Positions 63,010 to 64,000 of a stretch of DNA of 64,000 nucleotides are shown here, in pieces. Under the pieces are notes generated by a model that saw only the letters and a program-made list of their open reading frames with translations, ran no database searches and was not told where the DNA came from. The translations under genes and the position numbers were made by a program. The stretch lies in the NCBI GenBank assembly GCA_002269645.1, contig NIVC01000906.1, forward strand, positions 186,001-250,000. Reading direction: 5' to 3'. The DNA is from Macrostomum lignano. Its lineage: Eukaryota. Each line of letters begins with the position of its first letter. The stretch's first letter is position 1.

Positions 63010-64000
63010 CTCAATCTCCCTCACTGCCTACCCCTCTATCTCCATCACTGCCTACCCCTCTATGTCACTCACTGCCTACCCCTCTATCTCCCTCACTGCC
63101 TACTCCTTCATCTCCCTCACTGCCTACCCCTCTATGTCACTCACTGCCTACCCCTCTATCTCCCTCACTGCCTACCCCTTCATCTCCCTCACTGCCTACC
63201 CCTCTATCTCCCTCACTGCCTACCCCTCTATCTCCCTCACTGTCTACCCCTCTATCTCCCTCACTGCCTACCCCTCTATCTCCCTCACAGCCTACCCCTC
63301 TATCTCCCTCACAGCCTACCCCTCTATCTCCCTCACAGCCTACCCCTCTATCTCCCTCACTGCCTACCCCTCTATCTCCCTCACTGCCTACCCCTCTATC
63401 TCCCTCACAGCCTACCCCTCTATCTCCCTCACAGCCTACCCCTCTATCTCCCTCACTGCCTACCCCTCTATCTCCCTCACTGCCTTCCCCTCTATCTCCC
63501 TCACAGCCTACCCCTCTATCTCCCTCACTGCCTACCCCTCTATCTCCCTCATAGCCTACCCCTCTATGTCACTCACTGCCTACTCCTCTATCTCCCTCAC
63601 TGCCTACCCCTCTATCTCCCTCATAGCCTACCCCTCTATGTCACTCACTGCCTACTCCTTCATCTCCCTCACTGCCTACCCCTCTATGTCACTCACTGCC
63701 TACTCCTTCATCTCCCTCACTGCCTACCCCTCTATGTCACTCACTGCCTACTCCTTCATCTCCCTCACTGCCTACCCCTCTATGTCACTCACTGCCTACT
63801 CCTTCATCTCCCTCACTGCCTACCCCTCTATGTCACTCACTGCCTACTCCTTCATCTCCCTCACTGCCTACCCCTCTATCTCCCTCACTGCCTACTCCTT
63901 CATCTCCCTCACTGCCTACCCCTCTATGTCACTCACTGCCTACCCATCTATCTCCCTCACTGCCTACCCCTCTATCTCCCTCACTGCCTACCCCTCTATC
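63010..64000. repeat. 24-bp C-rich minisatellite (runs off the window)
   Basis: TCCCTCACTGCCTACCCCTCTATC repeated. Confidence 0.96.

Noticed and set aside
10396-64000. Long repetitive ORFs ([53 protein letters not shown] etc.)
   Set aside because: Translations of stop-free mini- or microsatellites, open in several frames and mostly inside introns of identified genes.

Overview
Eukaryotic (animal) genomic DNA: intron-containing genes whose introns are packed with minisatellites. The style resembles a Macrostomum-type flatworm (inference only). Genes assembled by hand with frame-consistent GT-AG junctions: the 3' end of a gene built from a tandem array of one symmetric exon (1-3911, +), a dynamin-like GTPase fused to a degenerate kinase (DSTYK-like, -), DHDDS (+), and then a run of minus-strand genes (small type-I membrane protein, YIPF5, CIAO1, CHMP2B, TRF-like telobox Myb protein, KIAA1143-like, DGCR8/Pasha). 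Mobile DNA: a 7.6-kb element (14724-22332) with about 1.65-kb near-identical inverted arms. It encloses stitched fragments of Gypsy gag, a splice-competent orphan exon, a DUF4780-like non-LTR ORF1 and Gypsy RT, and one arm is interrupted by a deleted THAP/P element with an 8-bp TSD. Also present: a solo LTR with a 4-bp TSD, two tRNA-derived SINE families (one CORE-type) and a 101-bp MITE. CIAO1 lacks exactly its initiator ATG, consistent with a spliced-leader-donated AUG and an operon-like cluster. All protein family calls come from motif recognition, not database searches.
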